From the NCBI GenBank assembly GCA_964016885.1, contig OZ024747.1, positions 71,424,001 through 71,488,000 on the forward strand: a stretch of DNA of 64,000 bases, written 5' to 3'. Shown here one piece after another: positions 1 to 14,613 of the stretch. Position 1 is the stretch's first letter; the number at the start of each line of letters is the position of its first letter. The notes under the pieces are model-generated. The model ran no database searches and was not told where the DNA came from. It saw only the letters and a program-made list of their open reading frames with translations. Made by a program: the position numbers and the translations under genes. This DNA comes from Eledone cirrhosa. Its lineage: Eukaryota.

Positions 1-80
<80 letters not shown>

Positions 81-497
81 CTAGTGTTATAGAAATAATT
101 CCTCTTCGGTTCTAAAGGATTGTGATTACTTCAGCATCGAAAAGGAATTAATTCTATCAAATTATTATATAAAATATATTACATGTATTTAGTACTTCAA
201 TTTGAATCTGTAAATCTTCTTCTCGTGAACAAAACACGGGTTATATATATATATATATATATCCGTACACTGACTTTCACACGTGTGTGTGTGTGTGTGT
301 GTGAAATGGTACTACCATATGCTCAGTTTCCACCTAACACATTCTACTTACCAAGCCCGTGGTAAAAGATACTTAGCCTTGGTACCCTACGGTGGAATCG
401 AACTAGGAATCCCATGTTTGAGTGCAGAATGGATCCTACCCCATGTATTGCTCTCTGACCCAAGTCCATTCCCCTGAAGATAAGAACATCTAACATG

Positions 498-705
498 ATT
501 TAGGCACAAGGCCAGCAATTTGGGGGATGGGAAAATCGATTAAATCGACCCCAGAGCGTAACAGCTACTTTATTTTGTTGACCCTGTCAGGATGAAAGGC
601 AAATCTAACCTTGGCGGGATTTGAACTCAGACCATAAAGGACAGTAACACTATTCCGCGAAGTATGATGATCGACGTTCTACCGATACTACCAATCCACT
701 GCCCT
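498..705 (-). mobile_element. tRNA-derived SINE, family A
   Basis: ttaggcacaaggccagcaatt...ggatgaaaggcaaa...gggatttgaactcag (B box GAGTTCAAATCC on - strand); the same consensus recurs many times in the window. Confidence 0.8.
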
Positions 706-1044
706 AACATATACCAATTACAATGATTTCTAACATAGATACATGGAGACACACACACATACAGTTGTGTCTGTGTATGTTTGTTTTGTAGATCGATTCT
801 GTCTACACACGTACCCGTCTGAAAGTTATTATATCGACCCTGTAATAATGAAAAGTGAAATCGACCCAAGCGGGATTTGAAACCAGGACTCAAAAAGCGT
901 AACTAAATACTGAAAGGCATTTTTTCTCTCAGGTCTGTTGACTCACTTCAATTATATAAATAGTACATAGTTTAGCGAAGTGATGAAAATCAATGTGGTT
1001 TACTTTGATTCCAGTTCAGTATTCTAACTAAACAAAAAAGTATT

Positions 1045-1158
<114 letters not shown>

Positions 1159-1973
1159 AAAAACTTAGCTCGGCTCTTAGTAGATGTATTTCACTTCAAT
1201 CATTTTATTGTTATTGATGTTGATATTGATTTCTTAGCAAAGCCTCGAAGCAATTATTGAAAAGTAGGTGTTTAACTGATTGTATATTATTATGTCATGA
1301 TATTTGGAAGTAAAAAGGGCAACGCGGAGATGGGTGAAATTTCACCTTAAAGTCAAATTAAGAGAGACAGCTATAAAAACTATATATTGTTTTGTCAGCT
1401 CTCTTGGTGGTATTTTACAAAGTTGCTGCATTGATCTTTTATTGATATTCTGAAAATATTTCGTATATTTGGACATATTAAATCATCCAAAATGTTGTAC
1501 GTATAAAAACAGAATTGTCTCGAGCTTTAAAAGTCTCCATAACACATTGTTTTATCAGTGATCATGATACATTATTTTAGCAATGTTTGAAAGTAGAAAT
1601 GTTTTCTAATAATGAACGCCTGAGACTTAAGAAAATAAAAGTGTTACTTACTGCTAAGATGTCCGAGATATAAAACACTGGCAGTGTTCTATACCTCAGA
1701 CCTCTTAACATTAAGTAAGACTTATTGCAGAAATGTGGCGTCCTCGACTTCGACTATAACAACTTTTTTCTCTTCCTGTGTTAATTTCCTTCTGCTGAAG
1801 CGCAATCATTTATTACGTAATGCATGCGATTGAGCATAGGACTATGTAGTCAGCGCATGTAGAGGGTAATTTGTACAGAAACATATGTTAAAGATTTAAC
1901 ACTCGATAAATTTCTCCTTCTGACCACTTCTACTTGTCTGGTTATTCCTGGTACCATACTTATTATAGTTATA

Positions 1974-1989
1974 TAGATAGATAGGTAGG

Positions 1990-2059
<70 letters not shown>

Positions 2060-2060
2060 T
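1974..2060. repeat. (GATA)n microsatellite, 3' flank of Tx1 copy 1
   Basis: direct reading. Confidence 0.95.
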
Positions 2061-2061
2061 A

Positions 2062-4305
2062 TTTCTTTTATTTGCCACTAGGGCATCAAAAGTGGGACAA
2101 GTACAAAGGGGGGAGTTTACACAAAAAGGCGTCCTCAATAAGGAGGAGGCAATAACAAAATATAAAAATAAAATAAGATATAACAAAAAATAAAATTTTT
2201 AACAAAATCCTCAATAGAGAGGAGGCGCCTTGGGGGGTCGCACACACCCCCGAAAAAAGTGTGCAACCCTTCTCCTCAGGAGCACAGAGAAGGGGTGCTC
2301 CCTTGGTCTTTCATCTTCCTCACCTATAGTCTGATGTAGAGTGAAGGCCCATTCACACGGGCCATTCTCGCCACTTTCACCCATCTTTCATAGAAACGGC
2401 TGGGGTGCAGCACCTCTCTCTCCATCCTGATCCTTCTTCCGAAATGATATCGGAAGAAACGGACCAGTTGTTGGCCAGAGAGAAAGGTGCCCGACCTCAG
2501 TCCTTTCAGACGCGTCCACCATACAACCTCTTTCGCCATGGCTATTACGCACAGAAACACCGCCTCTGCTTCATCTTTGAAGGGGGGAGGCGGCTTGATC
2601 ATTACAATAGACTCGGTGGTCAACCGGATCGGTCCCACCCTTGACAGCAGTTGTTCGACATAGCCCCACAGATCGGCTACGCCCGAGCAGTGTACTAATG
2701 CGTGTGCAACGGTTTCCTCGTCGCACACGCATCTGGGACAGATCTTTTTGGCGGGGTCCCTACCCGGGCGCCCGTGTCTGTAGAGCCTTTCTCGAACGGG
2801 TAATGCCCCTCGGTAGCACTGCCAGGCCAGGGACTTCTGGAAGTTGTCCATAGGTCCCGGGCTGAATGTCCTACCGAAAAGGCTGGCCAGTTCGTCCTCC
2901 TCCATGTCTAGGGCTTCTCCGAGGGCGTCGTCGCACCTGCTGCGTACCAGCCCTCTATAGAATGTTGCGGTGGAGTCTCCACTGATAACCGGATCCGCCT
3001 GCCAGAGGGCGGTGAGCGCCTGGGCACACTCAGTGTGCCAGGCGCCCAGTTTTCTGGACCAAACCAGACCCCGAGCAGCTTTACTGGTCCTTCCGTCCAG
3101 CGTCCGACGACGCCATCGGAAGGCATCGGTTTACCTCTCCAACATCCGAGTTGCAAACCGATGGACTTGTCCCGGTTCAGCTTCGCTCCTGTGAACCTTT
3201 CGTATTCCTTCAATAAGGTGCCGACTTCCTCGATTTGCGAGGCGCTCGACACCATTACTGTCACGTCGTCGGCATAGGCCGACGCCGCTTTCCGCAGTCC
3301 CGGTTCCAGGAGGATGCCCTGCAATAGCTCCAACTTCCGCAGTAGTGGCTCGAGAGTCAGTACGTCAAGAGGGGAGGAGAGAGGGCATCCCTGTCGAATG
3401 GATCGCGTTATATGGAACGTTCACCATAACCCTTGAGCAGATGTTGATGTTGTGCATTGCAGCAATCCAGCCCCTGAACACGATTCCGAAGCCTGCCGCC
3501 TCGAGTACCGCATCCAGGTAACGATGGTCAACCCTATCGAAAGCCTTAGACTGATCCAAGTTGATCAGGGCCCCACCGAAGCCGGGTTTACACCCTACCT
3601 TCTCTATGATGTATCGCATGAGGTGGAGGTTGTCGTGTATTGACCTGGTCGGGATTGCGCATGTCTGCGCTTCTCCCACCAGTTCTCGAGGACAAGCGCC
3701 AGCCTCTTTGCCAACACCTTGGCCAAAATCTGTAACTCTGTGTTTAGCAGAGTTATGGGCCGGAAGTTGCCTATGTCATCCCCATTATTCTCGTCCTTCC
3801 TGATTAGTGTGACCACGCCCCCGGTTACAGAACTGGGAATTCTCCCGTTCTGTTGCCAGTTGCAGTAGACCTCTTCCAGGAGACCGGAGAATAAGTCCGG
3901 CATTGCTACGTAAAATTCGTAGGGTAGACCGTCGAGACCAGGAGATTTGCGTTTGCCGCATTGGCTCAGCGCGTCCCCTATCTCAGCGGCTGAAATCGGC
4001 TTTTCGCAGAACTTTGCCTCGCTGTCCGAGAGTTGCGGTAGGCTGTCGAGGTATGGACCGAAATCCATAGCCCCTCCCGGCGCGCCGCCCTGCCCAAACA
4101 GTTGAGCAAAGTGCCGCTGAAAGGCCGCACACATCTGCTTCGGCTCACGTATCACGCGTCCGTTTTGGTCCTTCAAAGACCGAATCGTGGACTTGTTGCC
4201 ACTTTTTGCCTCCGTCACTCGGGCCCAGCTAACAGCTTTGGCTCCCTCGTTTCCCAGAGCACGTATTTTGCTTCTGACAACGCAGCCCTCATGCTTTGCG
4301 TCGAA
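2062..4305 (-). mobile_element. Tx1/L1-clade non-LTR retrotransposon copy 1; 5'-truncated, internally deleted, chimeric
   Basis: ORF fragments 3604-4344, 3365-3679, 2908-3333 and 2324-2905 carry KSPGLDG, NFRPITLLN, LDQSKAFDRVDH, AYADD and CPRC-EETVAHALVHC; (GATA)n on both sides. Confidence 0.95.
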
Positions 4306-4829
4306 GATAGATAGATAGTTAGATAGATAGATAATTCCCCACATTTCTAACTCTTCGGTTCAGTATCAGAATGGAAGGATGAAGAGCGATGTCGTCTGCC
4401 ATAGAATTTGAACTCGGAACGTAAAAGGAAGTAACTAAACACTAAAACATATGTTTCTCTCCTGTGCCCAACTGATTTTGCCATCAATAATTTATCGATT
4501 TTTTTTCTTTTCTTTTCAGAATAACGAAAGAAAGTTGATCGAGTTGAGATAAAAGTGAGAAAAACCTCTTCACAAAAACACTGATCTTATGTTATCGAAG
4601 CAAAACAGAGAAACAAATAATAATCCAGGTTACAACTTTAATGTTTTATATCTTCTAATGTATACAGAACAACCGCTTCTTTTCAGACGTTGCTTGATGG
4701 TATTAAAGTATTAATCAACTTACATTTTCTTTCATTCAGCAAATTTTAGATTAATCACCTCGTAGTTTCTTCTTTTGTTTCTCTCTCTCTCCAAAGTTTA
4801 TTTTTTGTTCTTCTTTTGCTTTTGAGAAT

Positions 4830-4975
4830 GCGTGTGTATGTTTATGTATATCCGTGTGTATGTTTATGTATATTCCTGTGGTTATGTATATCCGTGTGTA
4901 TGTTTATGTATATTCCTGTGTTTATGTATATCCGTGTGTTTATGTATATCCGTGTGTTTATGTATATCCGTGAGT
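4830..4975. repeat. minisatellite, ~18-22 bp unit (gtgtgtttatgtatatcc variants)
   Basis: direct reading. Confidence 0.8.
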
Positions 4976-5594
4976 GTGCAGTAATAATTTAGGGAATATT
5001 TTTATCGGCTTTTGTCGCATTAACGGCTTAAAGACTTAAAACAAGAGGAGCGTTCTAAAAGACGTCTAAACTGTGAGTGGGATGGATTTCATTGAGGAAT
5101 TTTGTCGTTACACAAAACAGAGTTTATCACACATCACAGAAGCCGAGTTTAGTAAAAATGTTTGGGACTAGTGATAACAGTAACAATATAAAGAAGTGAA
5201 GAGAGAGGGTAAGAGAGGGAGGGGGAGACGGAGAGAGTGAGAGAGGGGGAGAGAGGGAGAGATTTGGAGAATTTTATTTTAAAAAAGAGCTATGATAGAG
5301 AATAGAGAGAGATTAAGGAAAAGGAAAAAGATGAGTGGGGAGTGAAAGCGGAACACAAGAGAGGAAAGACGAATTAAAAAGAAAGAAGAGAAAGAAAAAA
5401 GAGGGGCAACAAAACGAGTGCCAATAAAAGAGAGAACGGAGGACGAAATGAAAGAGACTGGTAAAGATGGAGAAAGGAAAAGAAAAAGGAAAGACTGATA
5501 GACATTAAAAGAGATTAGAGGCGGAAAACAATAAGAACTGGAGAGGGGAGAAGGAAGAGAGATAGAAAGAGAAATGTGTTAGTTTGTATCTACA

Positions 5595-5955
5595 TGTGAT
5601 TGTGTGTGTATGAGTGTGTGTCTGTGTGTGTGTATGTCTGTGTGTGTGTAAGCCTTTGTGTGTTTGTGCGTGTGTTATGTATGTGTGTATGTCTGTGCGT
5701 GTGTATGCCTTTGTGTGTTTGTGCGCGTGTGTGTGTGTGTATGTCTCTGAGTGTTTGTGCGTGTGTGTGGGGGGGCGTGTGTGTATATATGTGTGTGCGT
5801 GTGTGTGTAGGCGCGTGTGTATGTGTGTATATGTGTGTGCACGTGTGTTTGTGTGGCTGTGTGTGTATGTGTGTGTGTATATGTGAGTGTGTGCCTCTGT
5901 GTGTGGGGTGTACGTGCCTCTGTGTGTGTATGTGTGTGTCTATATGTGTGTGTAC
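5595..5955. repeat. degenerate (TG)n tract
   Basis: direct reading. Confidence 0.9.
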
Positions 5956-6173
5956 AGGTGCATGCATTTATCAGTGACAGCGTATCTGCGATTGAGAGAG
6001 AAAAAGATGACTTTGAAAATGTGTGAACCAAGATCAAAAATAGAAAAATAAGCAAAAACAAATAAAGAACTATAAGAAGATTTAAAAGAAACTTAATATA
6101 TCTGATTGACTCTTAATTCCACACACACAACACACGCGCACACTAATATACACACACACACACATATATGCAC

Positions 6174-6321
<148 letters not shown>

Positions 6322-7865
6322 CTATGTATCAATACACTAACTGGAGAAATGTTTTCAAATCCAACGAATTATGAGTGTTGTATGAACTTGTAGAAGCTTT
6401 CTGGGTTTTGCCTGGAAAAATTCAAATCATAAATAACCAATTTAAAGACGAGAAGTGAAAATTGTAAAGAAGAACCGATGACTTCTGGCAAAGCTTCAGG
6501 AAATATGGTGCCACTGATGAAGTTTTATACAATTTGTTCACCGAAGGCGTCCAATATTTATTTCCAAAGAATAACACTATAAGAAATTCGCAGGGAGAGT
6601 GATAGATAACAAGTCTTATCTTCGAATATACTTTGCTTTCTTCTTCTGCCTTTTTAATAAATTTCGAACAAATTCCTGGAGAAAAATAAATAATATTAAG
6701 GAAATTCGATATAAATAAATGCTGAAGCTCCAACTGAAGTGGAAAAAAATTATCTATTATTTTTCTGGCAGAAAGCCTGGTTTCAGTGGTCAGTTGTATG
6801 ACACGTTGTTTAAGACCTCATCACCATAGAAATAACTTAGCACAGTGTGTTGGGCTGGAAATGGCTATAAAGGAAAGCAGTGGATAAGTTACTCCAGCTA
6901 CGTATGGTAGTTAATGTCAAAGAATGATGAAGAATGAGAAAGTGAGATTACAAGAATTTAGTGACACAAACTATCTTGCCATATGCAATAAATAGCTTCA
7001 GAAAAGCAATAAACCAACTAGATATGTAGCAATGTGACTGAATGGAGAAGCAGATCAACTAAATACTAACCTAAAGACTTGAAGATTCGGCGAAAGGTTG
7101 GCTGTGTCAAATATATCACCGTTCAAGGTTTGTATCAGCTAGATAGTATAGTTGTTAATTAGTCGGCATTAACAGCTATGAAAGAGTACAGTATTCAGCA
7201 AAAGCTAGACTCTATTAGAAGCGTAATAATGTTTGATACCCGACAGAAAGACGTTGAAAGAAGATGATCTGCAATAATCCATTTCTTTTATCTATTCCAC
7301 AGGTATGTTTAGTGTATACCTTAGAAATAGAGCATGTTATGTTGAGCTCAGATTAAAGTCGCTCAGTCTTTCTCTAACAAGGAAAGCTACATTGTTATAA
7401 CTATCATATAAAAATAATGTTAAATGTCACAGAATGCTTGGAAATGGAAATAATCATTGTATTGCCTGATAGATAGAAATCTAATAAAAATCTAAATGAA
7501 TTCATTAACCTAAACTATAGAAAATCAAAGATACTTATTTATACAGAGCCTACTAATTATAGGTTCTTAACTGAGATCTGTTAACTATATTTAAGATTTG
7601 TTTCTTTTTCTAATATCAGTAACTGGTCAGTATAAATGTTCATCTCTATTCAGAGATGTCATAATGCTACGATTGCTCCAAGCAGAATCCTCATACCTCA
7701 TACCTGCCTATAAATTAATTTAATGCAATTGATACTTCTTCAATCATTTGATATAGTTGGACTTATTATCACAATAGTTCGGATCTGGTGTATATGTATA
7801 TGTTTCACGGACAGACAACCACGCATCTATATACATACATATATAACTCTCTATATAATTACATT

Positions 7866-7913
<48 letters not shown>

Positions 7914-8030
7914 GATAAATCTACCAAGAGTTTACCGTAGTGTCCAATCTGTATTTTCATTGGTCAATTTTGAACTCCGTTCCCAAACGGACCTGAAATT
8001 TTGAATTGTTGTTATTATCAATAAATATAT

Positions 8031-8185
8031 TTCATTATTTCTGAAGACGGCATATATGTGTGTTTGGTATGTATATTTAATCTTGATAGTTTGTATAATT
8101 TTGTATAATTTTGTACATAGATCTGTTGAATATGCATGCCAATTCTAACACATATATATCCTAGAAACGATCGTTAAATAATGAA
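8031..8185 (+). ncRNA. type I hammerhead ribozyme motif with extended helix II
   Basis: TTCATTATTT-CTGAAGA-[~115 nt hairpin: ATATATGTGT/ACACATATAT, TTGGTATGTATATTTAA/TTGAATATGCATGCCAA]-GAAA-CGATCG-TT-AAATAATGAA; 10 bp helix I, palindromic helix III, GUU triplet. Confidence 0.8.
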
Positions 8186-8239
8186 CTTTTTTTGTTTAAT
8201 ATAAGGAACTGTTTCATTGTTTTATTCATTATTTGTTTA

Positions 8240-8308
<69 letters not shown>

Positions 8309-8999
8309 TAGGGTTTTTTTTCCAAAATGAAAAATACGAGATGTCCTACACGAGTGAAAGTATAAGGAAAAAAGATGAAATCGAAAATGCAACTGGAGTC
8401 TTTTTAAGAATATTTATTTGGTTCCTTTACCGGTTTCGTAGTTCTTATGCTTTTCTAAAGTAGAATTAAGATGGAGGGTTTGTGGTTTTTCTCGCATCTG
8501 CTTTGTGTTCGAATGTTACTTCTGTTTTATGTGGAAAAAAGTGGCTCGAAATGCTAGGTTATTTTAGAAAAGTAATTTGGTTGGTTGATGACTGTCACGT
8601 GAATAAGTATAATAAATTTCGCGCCAGTTCGTGTTACAAAGTTCTTATTATATTTGCCTTTAAAAAACGGGGGTGGTGGCTCAGAATGTTTTTTCAAATA
8701 TGAGTGAAATTTGGTTGGTTGATGCAGTCACGTGAATAAGCACATCAACTTTCGCGCCAGTTCGTGTTTCAGTTTCTTTTCCCTTAAAAAAGTATATATA
8801 TATCACTTAATGTTGGAGGGTAGGGAAGCTGCTACGCTTCTTTTCAGGGACCATGAGACCAGCATGAATAGTATTCTGATTTTACAATAAGCCCTCTAAA
8901 ATAAAGATTTATGACAGAAATGAATTCTCATTTCGAACGATAAAACTTCAGGAATATGATTTTCTCTATCCTTTTCTCTAATATAAGAATACTGTTTCA

Positions 9000-9115
9000 A
9001 CGTTGGGCTTACGATCATAATGTTGTGGGTTCGATTCCTGGACTGGGTTGTGTTTTGTTTTCTTGAGCAAAATACTTCATTTCATGTTGCTCCAGTAAAC
9101 TCAACTGCAAATGAG
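9000..9115 (+). mobile_element. tRNA-derived SINE family B, partial
   Basis: gggttcgattcc B box followed by tcttgagcaa...ttcatgttgctccagtaaactca, shared with 50610-50938. Confidence 0.6.
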
Positions 9116-9602
9116 TACCAGTATTGCTGAAGTATTATGTAGAGTTAGAAATTAAGCCTTACACAAGCACAGACAGATTGGTTTTCTATGACTGAATCAA
9201 ACTTCTCTTATATCTCAGATACATTCTGACCAATACTGAAACGTTGTGTCTATACAAGAAATTAATCTTACACCAGGTATGCAATGGAATGGTAAAATAG
9301 TAAAATGCTTGACCTCGCAGTAATGGTTTTAGGTCTAAATCCTTTTTTTCTACTCGGAGTATTGATCGACATATAAAATGAGGTATTTCCGCGGCAAGAC
9401 AAGATTGTGATGCAGTTTCAGGTTTCAGTTGAAGTTATTTTATTGCATTTCTACCACTTGAGGACGGCATGAACGTCTAATCTTACCATTTCCTTCTCTC
9501 CCCAAGTTTCTGTCTTTATACCTGATCAAAAGAAAACCAACTGCAAATGTCGCAATTTGATGTGTGATAAATTCCGGAAGATCTTAAACTGTGTGTCAGT
9601 TT

Positions 9603-9730
9603 AATTGTTTCTGCTTATGGCACAAGGCCAGCAATTTTGAATGGAAGGAGGAAGTCGATTAAATCTACACCAGTGCGTTACTGGTACTTTATTTTATCGG
9701 CTCCGTAAGGATGAAAGGCAAAGCGTCTCA
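9603..9730 (-). mobile_element. SINE family A, partial
   Basis: ggcacaaggccagcaatt...actggtactttattttatcg...ggatgaaaggcaaa. Confidence 0.75.
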
Positions 9731-9752
9731 GTTGTCAGCCTTTGGACAACAC

Positions 9753-9883
<131 letters not shown>

Positions 9884-11450
9884 GTAACCTATGTTTTTCT
9901 CTACAAAGCGAGAGGTTAGTAAACAGGAAACTAGGTTTGAGAACCATATTGAATCGATGGCTTAAATTTATTTTTCACAACGACACAAGCATTTCACTCA
10001 GTTATGCAATTAAGCACATTTAGAAAATTTAAACACTACAGTTTTAATCCTTCAGCTATAAATTTGACCATATTTGAATAAGAAATAAATCGTTTGTGCT
10101 TAATTTGCATAATTCCATTACTTATTGTATATAAATTAATGCTCTATTTTTTTTTTTTTTTTAATAAATATTCCGTGTAAGTCTGGTTTATGTAGAATAG
10201 TAGATACTGCAGTGTTCATATAAATTTACCATGTATTGTACAGTACACTTCATCTGCATTTATCATTTTATATTTTGTTCTCTTTCGTTTAATATCACTG
10301 CTGAAGGTTGCATGATTTGGAAACAGATACATTAAAATTTACTAATAAAGTTATGGTTATTAAAGCTGACAAGATGCAGTTCCACAGTCAGTTGTTTTGA
10401 GTCTAAACTAACGATTACAGTCACGGGTTGGAGAAGAAGAATAGACATGGGTGTGAGTCTGAAAGCAGAAGAGTTGGCAGTAACTCATGAGTTAAATTGA
10501 TTGCAATGGCCAACTTAAGCAAGATGAAACGCATCGAATTAGTTCCCACTAAGTCATTTTTATTTTACTTCATATGTACTCTGTAAACCGTTCACTGGTA
10601 GACAGCTTTCAGCCTGAGTACTCAACCATAAATGCTACGTGCTTGATATGCCAACCGGTGAATTTCACAAAAGGCAGAAAGATACAAGATTATATATGTG
10701 ACAAGAGTAGTGCAACTGACATTGTTGGTGTTGTGTATGTGTTAAGCAGCATGTTCTTAGCTGCACAGAACTGTTTCCACGTGGTCGCGCGCATCAGTTT
10801 ACCACTCATAGTGACAAGTAAGGAGGTGTTAACAACCACATCAACCAGTAAGAAGCTAGCACTACATCAGCGCAAAGTAGTTGACTGACAGAAGAATCAA
10901 AGCAATTTCCGTGTGCAGAACAAACATCAAAGCAATTACTTTTGTCAAAGAAATCCGTAAGGAAATAAAGATATCTCTGTCATAATTATCAGAAAACATT
11001 GCTGGTAAGAATGGCAATTGTTTATTTCCAAAATGGATTCTCCTGAACAGATTTTGATACACAATTCAGTCTGTGAAAGTATATTTAATGTTTACTACAT
11101 ATTTATATGCTTAAAACTGTCCCCTTTTAAAACAGTAACGATATTGGGATTATAATCTCAAGCTTTCAGCAACTTATGCTGCTTGAAACAGAATTACTGA
11201 CACATTAATGGATTCAATATCACAGAAATTGACGAAGTAAACAAATTCTATTGTACACATGCTTTAAATATATTTAAACTTGGCGATCCCAAATTTGTTA
11301 TCTTTTACTTTTTTACTTCAGTCTTACTGGAGGATCACCATTCAATTTTATTAATCGATTACATCGACCTCAATACCGGCCTATATCACAAGCTATTATT
11401 GTTTTATGCATCGGTTCTGACATTTCTCGTCGATATATATATATATATAT

Positions 11451-11761
<311 letters not shown>

Positions 11762-11789
11762 AAGTTAGAAGTTAAAAAAGTGAATGTTT

Positions 11790-12065
11790 GTCTCAAGCCC
11801 GGAGGCTCATCAGACCAGTGCTTATCCCAGATCCATCGGCATTAAGCGACTGATAGTAGATGACTCCCCCTGGACATGAACCCATTCTATCGCAGGTTTA
11901 CCTCGCCATTCGGTCAAGAAAGTGAACCTATGATCGTAAATCCAACACCCTAAATACTAAACACTACAGGTAAGGAAATTGGGGCAACGTGAAATAAAGT
12001 GTTTTGCTCAAGAACACAACTCACCACCCAGTTCGTGATTCGAACTCACAACCTTACGATTGTGA
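11790..12065 (-). mobile_element. SINE family B-related element
   Basis: gcaacgtgaaataaagtgttttgctcaagaacacaac...gattcgaactcacaacc, shared with 50820-50895. Confidence 0.6.
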
Positions 12066-12706
12066 CTGGTATAGTCGTAACTGCGTGAGAGATGTGGTAA
12101 GCTTTCCAGTGAGTCTAATCTGTAATATAGATTGTTTTCCTGTTCAGCTGCTTCTCTTCATTTGATGGGTTAGCTGGGATTTTCGGCTGTATTCAATAAC
12201 TCAATAGCCTGTAGAGGAATATATTTGGTTGGTTTTAATTTTCCTTGACACAGTATATGGGAAGGAATTGTTCAAAGGTGACACCATAGCCCTTTATTTT
12301 CATGGAATGTACACAACTTAAAGATAACAGAAATGTTAACTCCGGATAGGTAACATTTCTGTCTTTAAAAAAAAATCATTTTAGATCGATAGTTATTTGA
12401 TTTTGTTGGATTGTATAAAGTAAATAGAAACCACTAACTAATGCATCTGGCATTCATTGGCTATCGTCTTATTCACTTTTCAATAGCGTGATTGAATGAC
12501 AATGATTTGCAGCTTTGAAAACAGTTAATCTTTTCCGTTACACACGCTTCCTTGACTTTGAGTGAGTACTTTCAAGCCAGATGTCAGAAAACATAGTCTG
12601 CTCATTACAGACTGGTCAGTAGAATCATTGTTTTTATGGTCACAATTCAGGTCATTTTCAATTTTTCTTATCTATTGATTGTATATAAACATATATATAT
12701 AACAAA

Positions 12707-12827
<121 letters not shown>

Positions 12828-13536
12828 GCGCCTGTCTTATTCCCATATTTACAATTAGCTGGACATTGAATAAGCACTGTCAAAAGAAAATATATTTCAC
12901 ATTGACCAAGAGCAAACAAAACTTTTCTTGCAGTGTACAGTGGCTTTGACTAGCCGCTGACCTTTTGTACATATAGAGAAACAGTTCTACACGTAATTGC
13001 AATAGTAGACCACTATAAATAACACATTCTAGATGACCATCTAGTTGACATCTGCTGTGTTTCAGGCAAAACAAATCTGGCTGAAAAGATGAAACATAAC
13101 CCTACTCCATCCAGCAGACCACATGGACGTTGATCTGATAAAAGACAGTGAGGAGGAAATGAGGAATTGGCTGAAGATCACAACATGGCCTGAGTTACTG
13201 GACATTATTTACTATATATTCTGATATTTGGCATAAATGTATGTGCACATGAGCATACTTGTCTGTATGTGCGAATGTGTAAATGTGAGTATATGCAGTA
13301 AATTAAAAGTAGAAACATAACAAGCTCCAAGATAAACTGCTTAACTAGACTTCAGTAATTCCGTCTCAGAACTAAATCTTCATTATTGCAACACGTTAAA
13401 TGAACGTGCAGCATACATAAAGAAACGCGCAAAATACACACTTCAAAATACAAATGATGGACATACATATTTATTATGTGCAAATGAAAATGTATACAAA
13501 ATGGCACACACTCTTACGCAAGTGACACTTACTCAC

Positions 13537-13633
<97 letters not shown>

Positions 13634-13669
13634 CTCTCTCTATCTATCTATCTCTATCTATCTCTATCT

Positions 13670-14117
13670 GTGGTGAAAGAGGTTATATGGTGGACGAGGT
13701 TAACAGGGCTGAGGTCAGAGACCTTTCTCCCCGGCGAGCAACTGATTCGTTTTTTCAAATATCATTTTGGAAGCAGAATCAGGATGGAGAGAGAGGTGCT
13801 GTACACCAGCAAATTTTATAAAAGGTGAGTGAATGTGGCAAAGATGGCCCGAGTGGTTGGGCCTTCTCTCTATAAGCCTGTAGGTTGAGGAAAAAGAGGA
13901 AGAGAGGAAGGGAGTACTCACTCTTGGTGCTCCTGGAGATGAGGGTTGTACATTTTTTCGGTGTGTGTACAACCCCTGGGTGATGCCTCCCCCCCTATTG
14001 GGGATTTCAATTGTTATTTGTTATTTTATTAATAGTTTTATTTTCATATACATGTATGTAAACTCCCCATTTGTATTTGTCCTTTTCTTTTGTGCCCTTG
14101 AGGCTAATAAAGACATT
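13670..14117 (+). mobile_element. Tx1-clade copy 3, diverged 3' fragment
   Basis: homologous to the ORF2 C-terminus (aaagaggttatatggtggacgagg...atcaggatggagagagaggtgct) and 3'UTR hairpins, ends at AATAAA; (TATC)n on both sides. Confidence 0.9.
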
Positions 14118-14558
14118 TATCTATCTCTATCTATCTATCTATCTCTATCACACGTACATAAACACACACACATCATCGTCAAAGTTCTCCTCAGTCACAA
14201 GTTGCAGGCTTTTTACTTATCTTTTTACTTTATCTTGTAACTAATCCATTCGTAGGTTATTTTCTTTAATACATTATCTTTTTATTTACTCCTGGAAATG
14301 AGACACAATGAGGCAAGTATAGTCATTCTCAAGGTCACAGAGTATGTGACAAGAGAGCTTTGGCAATTAGATAACCATCCGGTTACTAAACTAAAAGAGG
14401 AACAGATTAGTTATTGGGCTAATAATAAAGCTGACGTAAAATTAGTTTTAAGCATATAAATATGTTGTAACTATAAATATACTTTCACAGACTGTATGTG
14501 TGTATATATATATAAAGTTAAATAAAAGTAAAATGATTAAAATTTAGCTTCGTTTATT

Positions 14559-14613
14559 ACTGCTATATATATTTCAGTGACAGCCATCTTTGGCTGTGAC
14601 CTCTTCAGGCAGT
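14559..14613 (-). ncRNA. minimal type I hammerhead ribozyme motif
   Basis: - strand ACTGC-CTGAAGA-GGTCACAGCCA-AAGA-TGGCTGTCACT-GAAA-TATATA-TA-GCAGT; helix I ACTGC/GCAGT, helix II ACAGCCA/TGGCTGT, AUA triplet; lies in a segment bounded by (TA)n. Confidence 0.85.

Noticed and set aside
10574-11062. Short ORFs in a more complex-looking stretch (also 6422-6733)
   Set aside because: No motif I can recognise; possibly decayed transposon, cannot be assigned
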